Shown in pieces: positions 13,031 through 24,137 of a DNA stretch of 64,000 nt (its first letter is position 1; each line of letters starts with the position of its first letter). The notes under the pieces are model-generated. The model did not search any database. It saw nothing but the letters and a program-made list of their open reading frames with translations, and had not been told where the DNA came from. Source of the DNA: Lama guanicoe (Eukaryota); contig MU053557.1 in NCBI GenBank assembly GCA_013239625.1, positions 3,502,123-3,566,122 of the forward strand, given 5' to 3'. A program made the position numbers and the translations under genes.

Positions 13031-13348
13031 TCAGTGAGCTGTGGTTTGCTCTCTGTTTCTTCCCCAATGTTTTAACCCTTGACATCTAGTGGAGAAAGAA
13101 AAAAATTATTTTTTTAAACATGCCTTCTGGAACAGTATCAAATTGCAGATCAGTGAGCTGTGTGGTTTGCTCTCTGTTTAATACCACAGAATTGAGGGTG
13201 GACTTTTACAACTACAGTTTGGGAACAAATTCAGTGATGTAGAATTGGAGGAATAAAGCTTCATACTGAGTCTTCTACTGTTCTTCCTAAATTCTCAGGT
13301 TTCTTCCCCAATGTTTTAACCCTTGACATCTAGTGGAGAAAGAAAAAA
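13031..13348 (+). repeat. Local duplication: 13031-13105 equals 13150-13175 joined to 13299-13348
   Basis: Direct comparison; near-identical segments with 13176-13298 missing from the first copy. Confidence 0.9.
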
Positions 13349-13412
13349 CAAGATTCTGTGCCTCGAGTAATATCCTTAGTCCTTGAGATTCTTGTCTATT
13401 TTACACCCATGC

Positions 13413-13585
13413 TCAACAGCAGAGAAACGCAGAGTCCGTGAGACGTCCGGGAAGGGCTTGCTTCTGGCAACCTCCTCCAAGCCCGTCAGAGCTGTCCAGG
13501 AGGGTCTTCACAAGCCAGTCCTTAGCATGAGAGACCCAGTCCGTGATGAAGACTTTTGAAGCTATCTTCGTCAGGTTTTCCATTG
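13413..13585 (-). CDS. Putative second coding exon of an uncharacterised gene (..PMENLTKIASKVFITDWVSHAKDWLVKTLLDSSDG...SAFLCC*)
   Basis: Acceptor GCTAATGTGCTTCCTTAAATTTAG| with CTAAT branch-like motif; open frame in phase with the putative phase-1 donor at 14552; unique, non-repeat-like sequence. Confidence 0.3.
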
Positions 13586-13855
13586 CTAAATTTAAGGAAG
13601 CACATTAGCCTGTCAGACTCTGAGCATCATACACCATCACTGTGGTTGTCATCATCTGCCGAATTTTCCTTTAGACATCATCTCTGCTGTGGGTGGCATT
13701 GGCAAGTCAGAGCCTCCCAAGTTCCACATGGACACTCAGAGTGTATCCAGTTCTATCCCTTCCTCCTAGGTGGGCTAGTTCTAACTTCTTAGCATGAATG
13801 CAAAGTCTCTCCAATGAAAACCTTGGAGATGCTTTACAAGTCAGAGCAATGGGAA

Positions 13856-14512
13856 TAAGACAGGAGGGAAGGGGGCAGGGCACGGCCACTCAAGGAATGA
13901 CACCAATTTAACACCAAAATGGTGGGAGATTCAGCAAAATGGTGGAAGATTCAACTACTAGTTGGCCTTGAGGATTAAGAGGTTTGACTTCTAGCAGAAC
14001 TTGAGCATCATTATATGCTCATTGTAACAGCGTGATCAAATAACATGCCCACAGGTGCCATGACAGTCCCAAGGCTAACCACAAAAGGCCAAAGAATGGG
14101 CAGTGGCCCAATTCCTGGGAATCCCAGCCCCTTCCCCAGGGCAGCTGGAATGGTCCCACCTGTAGGTGTGTGAAGCTACTGAGCCTATAAAAACTGACAC
14201 CACCATGCCTAGTGGCCCTTTTCACTCCCTCCTCTTTGGAGACGGCCCGCACTCTGTCAGTGGAGTGTGTACCTACTTTTACTTTAACCCGAGCACCCAA
14301 TCCCCACACGTCTTTCCTTGCCTTTCTCTTGCCTTACACTCTATGCAGTTCGTATCTCTCTAAATAAATCTACCTTTACTCAACCATGGCTCGCACTTGA
14401 ATCCTTTCCTACATGAAGCTAAGGATGCACACTTGGCGGGACATGTTCCAGGGACTCAACCAAGACCTGGGACTCCGCCCTCCTCATGCCCCACATCCGT
14501 TTTCCTGCATCA
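13856..14512 (+). mobile_element. ERV1-type solo LTR, 657 bp
   Basis: TAAGACAGG (mutated TG)...GCATCA; perfect TSD GGAA (13852-13855 / 14513-14516); TATA CCTATAAAA ~14183-14191; AATAAA ~14363; duplicated CAAAATGGTGG motif ~13915-13950. Confidence 0.9.
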
Positions 14513-14990
14513 GGAAGAAATTAGCTGAAATGAGGAGAAATGAAGATTCACGCTGTATATGTAACCATTCTGCATTCTCCCAGACGACTCCACTCAGGCT
14601 CAAGTCACTACACACTGTGAACCAGAAAGGGACAGAGGAAGGACCATTCTCTCTCCCAGAGTTTCCTGTACTTTGGTTGCATGGCAGAGGACCACAGGCA
14701 GACACGAGAGGATGCCAGTGAATGATGGTTTCAAGCAGCCTTTTCTTATGCCCCAAGAACTGTCTAAGAAGGGTCTTTGTGACCCAGAAAAAAAATAATT
14801 CAGAAACGAGGTCTTCATTTTCTTGCACCCAGAAGCATGTGAGCTCAGAAGTCCCTGCTCTAGTGTCTGTCCTAAGTGCCCCAACTACTGGACAGGTGCT
14901 GTAGGTCACAGCCTCCCATGGGCAACAGATCAACGCAAGTAGAATGAGGAGGAGCGCAGTATCCTGTGTGCCTCCCGTGCATGTTCCCAT
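14484..14990 (-). CDS. Candidate secreted/membrane protein ORF or first coding exon (168 aa unspliced)
   Basis: ATG in strong Kozak context (AGAATGG); N-terminal hydrophobic signal-like segment ALLLILLALICC; Cys/Trp-rich ectodomain-like sequence; mostly unique DNA; last 10 codons run into the LTR. Confidence 0.4.
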   Translation of the reverse strand: MGTCTGGTQDTALLLILLALICCPWEAVTYSTCPVVGALRTDTRAGTSELTCFWVQENEDLVSELFFFWVTKTLLRQFLGHKKRLLETIIHWHPLVSACGPLPCNQSTGNSGRENGPSSVPFWFTVCSDLSLSGVVWENAEWLHIQRESSFLLISANFFLMQENGCGA

Positions 14991-17900
14991 TCTCCCCAGT
15001 TTGTCTCACCCTGAACGTAGTCAGAGAGAGGTAGAGCAGAAGGCTGGGGTTCATTTCAGACCCTTTCTTGGTGTAGGGACCTGGTAGGAGAGGCCTAGAA
15101 GGACAAGGGAAGGAGGCGCGTCACGAAGCCTCTGTGCAGCTCTCAGTGCTGCCTATGTGTTGATTCTGGGGCCCAGAGCCTGTCTGAGAAACCAAGGCTG
15201 ATGGTGGGACTTGGGTCCAATGGGACACTCACTCCTGTGCCCCTCTTTGGATCCTTCTCTAGTGCTCCTTCAAGGAGCAAATCTTATGGTTATTTCTTCA
15301 TTACTGTAGGGAGGGCCTCCAACGTGTCAGGCCACTGAGATGCAAAATGAAACAAACAATATTCACCTAAAATTCAAGTCGAGACTTATAGTCAGTTATA
15401 ATTACTGGTTATCTTTTTCTCCTTCGTCTTCACAGCTCAACTGCTTGAAGCATCCTCTGCATTTATGCACAGAGTTAATGACTCTCCCAGCAGGTGGTTT
15501 ACATCAGTGTTCTGGGCCTCTGCCTCCAGGCAGTCCTCTTAAGTAAATCAAATCTCCCCTTCCAAAGAGCTGCCTTGAACAGGCTTCCTGCATTAAGGAC
15601 AATCTCTGAGCCAGCACTGGAAACATATTTAAGGTACATTTCCCTCTAGTCTATCTTTCTTAGAAAACTGTTATTTCACAATGTCTCTGAACCCAGACAT
15701 TTATAATTCATTTCATTTCTATCACAACATGAGAAGGTACCTCCTACCCTTTCTCTCCTTTTCTCTGGCCCCTAATAATCTCTGTTTTCTCAAACATAGA
15801 GATACTGTGTAAACCTTATTTCCTTCTCAATTACCAGTGGAATGTTTGGATTTGACTCTGTGCCCCAAGTTGAGTTGCTTTCCCCCACCAAAATCTCTAC
15901 CAGTCTTCCTGGTTGTACACTAGTGACACTGAAATCACAAAACTTTTAAACAGCAGGTACCTTTATAGGCATCTGCTACCCCTTCTCTTCCAGAAGACTG
16001 AACCAGTCTTAAATAAGGAGATGCCTGAAGGCTTCCTATAGGACTATCTTGCTTAAATTTGCCAAGATTTTTGACATAACTAGGCATGATCAGGAAATCA
16101 CTTTTCTTTGCCCCTCAAGGCTCTAGATTGAAGAGGGTCCTAAATATCAATGAAATGTTCCTTCTCCTTCAGTTATTTGACTCTCAGTTAGTTGACTCTC
16201 CCAAGATAATGACGCCAGACAACAAATGACTTAGTTTAGAGCAAACGAGTGAAACAGAAGCTCTAAACTAAGTAGAATGAAGTGGAATCTTCTGTCTCCT
16301 CCCTTTGGCTCCTGAGGTTCTGCCCCGTGGCTCTTACATGACAGGAGTGCTCCTTGAGCTTCTGAACATCTGGGGAATCATCTTGGCCTTGTCCCTGGTC
16401 TAGTAATAATTTTCACGGTTGACCAATTTTATGATACACACAATTATTCTTCAAGGAAGTAGAGTTCCAACACCGCGTAGAGCCCGCTTACATAAGGGAG
16501 TTTAAAAACAGCCGAACTCTGCCTTCTCCATCCTCCTCCCTCACAAATCTTGCCGCACTGGCACTGATTTGACTTTCTGCCAGTTTGTGATACAAGGAAA
16601 TGTCTCAAATATGTTGCAGGAAAAAGCATTAGAAATATATTCTCTGTAACAGGAGGAGGCTCTGTGCAATGAAGCATTTGGGAAAGAAATCCCAGGTGAA
16701 AAGGAAAGTCAGAGCAAAACAAATCAGAAAGTCAAGCTAAGCAGACAGGACAAGAGGGAGTTCAACGTGAGGGCATGTTTACTGCAGGATCCAGATAATC
16801 ATACATAGAATGTCACACAAATCTTTACAGAGAAATCTTTTAGTTGAAATCTCCCATTTGCATTTATAATAGTCTCACAGGCCAGCAAATCAGTTTATCT
16901 GATTTTAAAAATTGTCATGTGCTTCAGTACAAAGATCATTCTTGGTTTAAGAGCTGAACATTAGTAATTTTGTACTTACTTAATGACTTTGAAAATGTGA
17001 GTTTTTATATAGAAGATCTGATTTATTTGTAACCTAACTTTAATACTAAAATAAAGGAGGTCACTTTAACAGCTCTCTTCTGCTCCAATCAAATATATTT
17101 TCCACTGACTACATACCAAGGGACACAGCAACACTGAATACAGACTCCTTGTGTTACACTGGTGAAATGCAAACTTGGCTCATCAATCATTCTTTCCCAG
17201 TGGCTTTGAGTAAGTAAATGCAATGCTCTATCTTAGGAGAATGACTCCATCCCAGTTTTCCTGAAACATCAATAAAAACCCCTGTTGTTCGCTGCAAGGA
17301 AGATGTGCCCATTTAAAGTAAGTTGATCTCTGGAGACTGATGGACATGTCCTACACCGAACCTGCCTGGGGCAAGATACATCCAGCCGAAGTGTTGAGAG
17401 CACAGTAGGATGAACAGGTAAAAATCAGATTTAGAAGCTGGGTCAGCTGATGGGCTATGTCGATACGGGACTTGGTAAACTGGAGAGCTTAGCTGGGAAG
17501 AAAGGAAAGGCACCCTAAAAATCGTTTTGATATGGACAGGATCTGAGCCCCGAGAAACCCTATTCTTAGGCTTGATTTGGTTTTGCTCTGTTCCTTCCTT
17601 GACGCATTTTGGCCAGTCTTGCCCTGCAAGTCCCTTACAGCTGTGCTTCTCCTGCCCTCACACTGAAAGTGCTCCCTCCCAGTTCAGGGGGAGTAACCGA
17701 CCCTCCCGAAACTTGCTCACTCAAAGCTACTTTCAAATGATTATCTCGGCACATGCTTCAGTGGTTTCTGTAACATGGATACGTCACAGGGAAGAAACAG
17801 AAATATATACCCCTCTCTACGTTTTGTGTTTTTAGGGGAATTAGATAGGTGGGGATTTGGTGACTACCGAAGGGTGGAAATCGGAAGTTGAGGAGGACAG

Positions 17901-19179
17901 AGTCAGACGTTTCTACCTGATGCCTGACCCACTGTTTTCCTTTTAAACAACTGACCTCTGCAGCAACTTTCATTCTGAAAGGATGAGTGGATAATCACAC
18001 AGCAACCTTACTGGCAGGTGTCGGGGCCCCATTAGGGATTATAAATATCTCCAGGTCTTCCCACCTGCGTATATTGAGTTCCATGAGGAACCTCAGGTCG
18101 GACAATACAGGACTGTTGCCGGCACACAGGTCAGAGTGGAGAGAGCAGAGTTACCTGCTCCTGCTTCCTCCTTCCAACCCTTCTAGGGAATTTCACAATT
18201 TCCTCCCCGGAACCAGAGCACAGAACTGTCACTGCTAAAAGGGTCCTGCGACAGGGGTGAATTTTTCTCTTAGTTCCTTGCCTACCACCTGAAACTGACT
18301 TCTAGCCAATGTTATCGGGAGAAACAGGGGCTGTTGGGGTGTTAGGGGACTTTGCTCTGTGTCCCAGCCTCGGTCTCCTTCTGCTCCAGTAACACTCAAG
18401 TGGAGTATTTCACGCAGATTCCTTAGAATAAGCCAAGTTAGCCCTCTTCTCTCTTTCAGAACTTACCATCACTGCTACCAGTCTCTTTCAATTATGTTTG
18501 TTGGAAGTACTTTGTATCAGGTAAGTAACCTTTGGCTTTGACTTTTTGAATGTCTAAAAGGAAAACTCTATCTTGCTTTCCAAAATCATCTATTAATAAA
18601 CCTCTGCTTCCTAGTCAGGTGTGCAAAATACCCATTTTTGCTCTTATAGACACATCTTTAGGGATGACACGGTCCCTCTATTCCAACAGAACTCTAGTTA
18701 AACGTGGTAAAGACTGATAGGGAAAGGCAGGAACACACAAGGTGGGCATGAGAGAAGGAAGGGCGTAAGTTACCCTGGGGCAGAGTTTGGATGGGTGTTG
18801 GTAGTGTGGGTGTGAAATGAGTGAGAACTCTAGCATGGGGATGATATCTCTGAGAACAGTGATCATCTTTTCCTTGAAAGTAACTTGCCTTGATGCTTAG
18901 GTGGGTGTCTCAGTGCCTTACATGTTCTTTCCTCTCCCGGCTACAAAGCCTTGTTCTCATTACCATCTACACTGAAAGCAGGAGGTGGGGAGGGCGACAG
19001 GCAGCAACTCCCAGCCCCTCAACCTTACTTCCTGTGAAGGTCTTGCTGTCTTTCTCCCTGGGCAGTGGCCCTTTCTCCCATCCTAGTATGCGCAGAATTT
19101 TATCTACTGAGCAGAAGGAACAGCTCATCCAGAGACACAAGCAACTTCTGGGAAATTAGGCTGCCGTTATTTCCCTCTT

Positions 19180-19555
19180 TGGGACGAGTCTCCAGGGAGA
19201 AGCAAGAATAAGAGTAAACCACTGTGGATGGAAATAAGGCCCTGAACTAGGTAGAAAGACCATCCACACCTGCACAGACAAACATCGTCAGAAACTTTTT
19301 CATCTTCCGCTTTCCTAAGAACCCATTTGTCTCTATTTGTCTTCCCACAGAAGCCTTTTCTTCTCCCTCCTTTCCCCCAGAGTTAGGTGTACACGCCTCT
19401 AAGTTTAACCATTTAGTAAGCTGGTGACTTCGTTAGCTTTCATATGCATAGGAATAAGCCGTTTTTCTCCTGTTAATCTGTTATTTGCCCATTTAATTTG
19501 CAGGCCCCCAGACACTGAATCTAACTGGGAAGAGGAAAAGTTTTCCTTCCCCACA
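19180..19555 (+). mobile_element. ERV1-type LTR (related to 46114-46630 and 53099-53586)
   Basis: 3' end TTTTCTCCTGTTAATCTG...AGAGGAAAAGTTTTCCTTCCCCACA resembles the reverse complement of the ends at 53099 and 46114; 5' boundary uncertain. Confidence 0.65.
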
Positions 19556-21882
19556 CATCAATTTTCAAACAGGAATTTTCACATAATATGAAAGGAATCC
19601 CAATTCTTTAAAAATCTTACCCAAGACCAGATTTTTGATATGAAATTAACTTAAGTCTGTAGACTGAGAATGTGCTGCGATTGTATAGTACAGAATACAG
19701 AGATACTTAGGACTCAATTACTCCCCTTAGGAAACTAAAAAACAAACACTAACACACTTTCTTGTGTTTCAAGGTTGACAGTGGTTACAATAAGGGAGGA
19801 ACCAACAAATTATTGTGGGAATTTGAACGATATCAGTTTAGAAAGGCAGGAAAAATTCATGGGAGACTTAACCATTAAGAGCAATGACAAATCAGTGGGC
19901 TCCACCCCAAATCAACTGACCTAAAATATCTGGCGATTGACGCATGGCCACTGAAAGCGTAAAGAAGATCTCCAGGGGATTCTTATGGAGTCTGTCTGAC
20001 AAGCACTACCTTAAGTGATAGCACTTATGTGTCTGTCTGACGTTTATTAAATAGGTAAAAGTGACAGGTAAATAAGGAATGCAGAAAGACAGTATGGCGG
20101 GAAGAATTCCTAGCGAAGGCAGGAACATGTGAGGTTTCAAATTCCTAAGGGTTTAAAACCACCAGGCGAAGTTAGGGCTTTCTATAGTAGAAAAGGTATC
20201 GCCATTACAGCTTTTTCATCAGAATACTACTTTAACTACTTTGTGGTTTAAAAGCATTTACTGGTTCAGGAAGGGCTGGCATTGTGCAGTGTATAGAGTA
20301 GGAGCATATGCTGGAGGGCAGACAGGCTGAATAACCTTGGACAGGGAGAGCAGCCCGTGAGTTACACTAAGTCACATCAGGAGTAATGCTGGGCTTGGGG
20401 CAATATTTGAGGAAGCAGAGAAGAGGGTTGGACTGGACAGTGTGTTTTAGGAATTATTCTATTGTCCATGTTCTATGGAAAACTTTGTTGGTCTTCACTT
20501 TTTAGCTCTACTAGACACGACTGATTTTTCTGGAGAGCATGGGTTGGGGAAAGGGATTTAGTGTTTAGCTGTTAAACAGATTTACTGACAGGGCTCCAAT
20601 ATCTGAGAGTGTTGAGGATGCCTAGAAAACCAAGAAAAGAGGAAAAGTTAGAAAACTTTGGGGAAACCAGGGCTTCTGCAGTGGCAGAGATCTCAGAAAG
20701 ATGTTTGAGAAAATAGCAAGCACAAAAAAGGAGTAAAAACAGGGGCACTTAAGAAGAGTTGTGCTAAGAAAGAGTTCTCAGGGGTCATACCTTCATTCTG
20801 ATAAGCCAAGAAAAAATTAGACAGAGTGCATGGGAATAACGAATGTGTGTATGTGAGCTGTGGGGAGGATGGGGAGGTTAAACAGCTCAGTCAGAGAAGG
20901 ACCAGAGAGCGAGGCAGTTGCAGGAAACCTGGAGTCATTATTTTTAAAGGAGAGGCTACTGAACGCTGTTACAGGAGGCAGAGAGAGGAGCAGTTATGAG
21001 TGAGAGATGGACAGACACATTAATGTGGGAGATGAGCCAAGGAGCTCTGTAGTTTGACTAGTGCTCACCCTGAGTAAGCGAGGATTTGTTTTCCCATTCC
21101 TAAAATGAGGATCTCCGGGGTCCTTGTGCAGAACATCACAAGGGAAGCGTTTGACGTGGGGTCTAGCACATAAAATTAGTGACCCAGTACAGGTTAACTC
21201 CTATTATTTTTCAGTAACTTTCACCTAGTGCTAATTTAAATCTTTAAGGCTTGAAAGTTAATTTATATTAAGTTGTAATTTTGAATATTTTAAAGTTCTC
21301 TAGAACTCCAAAATCTTGTTTCTAAAATATAGCTGTAAGTTTTTTTTTTTTAAAAAAGTACATATATTTCAGTAAATAAAAGAACTTAAAAACACCCTGA
21401 AATTTAGCATGCCCAGTTCAAAATATAATAATGTACTGTGACTGTGGCCTTCCGGAATCATATTCACTATAAAACTTTCTAAATTTGCACTCTTTCTCTC
21501 TGCTCATTTTTCTTCTATTCAGGTGTCTATGGCTCTATGTTTTTCATTTGTTTTTTCTTTGATTATTTGTTTTTACTTTTATAGCACACATGGTTCCTTC
21601 TGCTTTTTGCCCCTCTAACTTCTGCAGGTATGTATTTTTCTCCTTTTCTCAGTAGTTTTCTCTTTGTGTTTACTTTTCTGTTTCCAATACAACAGTTTCA
21701 CTGGTGACTCCTAATCTGCCATTTTTTCTTCCTTCAACAGAGAATAACTCCTCTCCCTCAAATAGTATTAATTTCATTTTACATGCCTTATTCATGACTC
21801 CACATGCAAAAGTAGAATAGTCACCTATTACCACCTAAAAAAAAACACATGGCCACAAACACCACTCCACCAAACCAAGTGT

Positions 21883-21935
21883 CTTTTGACCTGATCATCA
21901 ACCAGCCTTTTGACCTGATCGTCAACCAGCCTTTT
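21883..21935. repeat. 24-bp tandem duplication CTTTTGACCTGATC(A/G)TCAACCAGC x2.2
   Basis: Read directly from the sequence. Confidence 0.9.
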
Positions 21936-22835
21936 TTATTTTTGTCTGTTGGTTTTCCAATGAATACTGACTTGTTAAAAAGTAAAAGTGTATATTATTC
22001 CTTTTTCATGAACATCATTTTATTACCTACGTATTTCCTATTTTTAGCTAACAGTTAGGTACTGCTTAAATAATGAAAGAAAACAAAGGAAATTGTTGAC
22101 AGTGCTAAGGCTTTGAAAGGTAAGAGCTTGGCACCTTTTATGTAATTGCTTCCTTTATTATGCAGATACATTTTATTTTTGCTTAGTTGAAATAAGCAAA
22201 GGTTAACGGGGGATAAATTGGGTCAGAGAAATGGAAATAAAAGTTCAATGTTTCTCACGGTCCTATTTCTCAGGAGGCTCCTAAACTATAAAAATACGCA
22301 TCAACTATAAAAATACTTTATTTTTAAAAAATGTTTAATTTCAAACAAGGTTGCTTCTCCAATGTGACAAAAAAATTTTGGGTATATTCTTTTGTCCAAT
22401 AACTTTATATTTCAAATACTCTGAAACCAATAAAAGAAACTATCCTGCGTTTCTTATTTTTAGAGTGTTGCAGACCTTACTTTCACCCAGCGATGAGGAA
22501 CTAACAGTGAGAGCTGGGTTAACTACCCTCTTCTCTACTGGGGCCCACAAAACCCTTCTTAATCCACAAAACTCATTCTCAGCCACTACTCTTGAGTTCC
22601 TCTTTTGAGGGTGTGGTTTATAATTCTGGATTTTTTTTTTTTTACAGGTAAAAGCAGAGAGATTTTAGTCCAACCTTGTAACCAGTTGAGGAATCTTTCC
22701 ATTAAATCCCTGACAATTCAACAATGCCATGAATTGTTACCTAAAGCAGCAAAGCTCCTCCCATCAGGAAGAAGTACCAGGAAACCTTTTTAGTGAGCTC
22801 GAAGGGTTCTGAGATAAATAACAGCAACAACAATA

Positions 22836-23040
22836 ATAGTGAATGTGTATTAGAGCACTTACAGTATGGCAGGCATTGTGCTGACTGCCCTAAGAAGGAA
22901 CTGTTATTATTAACCCATATTAGGGAACTGACACTGAGAAATTCTCTGACTTCACTTGGAACACATGGTTAGGTAGTGGGAAAAATCAGATTCCAGCTCA
23001 GACACTCTGTATCAGAGCCCCTGGTTTTAGTAACTATACT
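22836..23040 (-). mobile_element. MIR fragment
   Basis: AGCACTTACAGTATGGCAGGCATTGTGCT...GGGAACTGACACTGAGA reverse-MIR pattern. Confidence 0.6.
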
Positions 23041-23495
23041 ATACGCTTTCCTACTGAGCTCAAATCTATCTCCTTTTAATCCCACAGCCACTTAGTCTAA
23101 ATTCTACCCTTTGGGGACAATAAGAACATGTTAATTCTTCTTCTCATTCGTTTATGTAACAAAAAGAATATTAATTGAGCACCTCTTAGATGTTAGATAC
23201 TGTCTTCCCGCCTGTAATACAGAGGTGAAAAAAGAACAAAGTTCCTGCTTTCACGATGTTAACATTGTCTCCCTTAAATTGTTTGAAAAGACTCCCCAGA
23301 TTTCTAAGGGTTTCCTTTCCTCAGACCAAAGGAAAGGAAAACTTCTTTCAGCCATCTATCATAGGACCAAAACTTTCAAATTCTTATCTATTGTGGTAGT
23401 CTCTCTTCTCTAAACACATTCCAGTTTATAAGTATCTTTTTAAAAATGTACCCACCAGACACAAAGGCAGTAATCTACATGCTTTTTGATGGACA

Positions 23496-23872
23496 TGTTA
23501 AAAATAAGACAACAGGCCCCAAATGGAGTCGTTTATGCTAAGTCTTGTGTCACCAAACCAAGACTTAATTTTAGTTTCATCTCTCCCAGAAATGGAATCT
23601 TAAACTAGTCGATCAGAAATCGCCTAATCAGCATTAGTTAAATAACCAGCCTGACGTATCAGCCATCCCCTAAAGGAAAGTGACCCTGCAATAAATATCC
23701 TGTTTTTTGTCTAGTGCACGTTGTCTCCCTGCTTTCTGGCTGTAAAGGGCACTTTGCACAGCTCCTCCGGAGCTCCTTCCTATCTGCTGGTTTGGATGCT
23801 GCCTGATTCGAATAGATTTTTGCTCAAATAAACTCTTAAAATTTTTAATATGCCTCAGTGTATCTTTTCACA
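23496..23872 (+). mobile_element. 5' LTR of a decayed ERV1 (MER4-group-like) provirus
   Basis: TGTTAAAA...TTTTCACA; AATAAA at 23827-23832; followed by PBS-like TGGTGACAGG and a leader splice donor GG|GTAAGT at 23995. Confidence 0.85.
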
Positions 23873-24137
23873 GGTCTGGTGACAGGAGAGGGAACCCAGA
23901 GTCCCCCCGGGTCCCCCAGGAGCAACGACCAGCAGCAGGGAAGGTACCTGCAGAGCCCTGAGAGTCGCTTTCTCGCCGCCCCTGGAGCTGGTGGGTAAGT
24001 TCCCTCCATCCTCCATCCACAGCTTCTGTGTTAAGAGTTCTCAGATTGAGCATTTCTTTCTCCCGCTTAGGTTCTGAAACTAGAACAAGCTGGAGCTGGG
24101 CTGCGTGGGACATAGAAACTGGTCTGTTTCTGGTGGT

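Noticed and set aside
17313..17513. Possible exon/ORF in unique sequence
   Set aside because: No recognisable product and no convincing pair of splice sites
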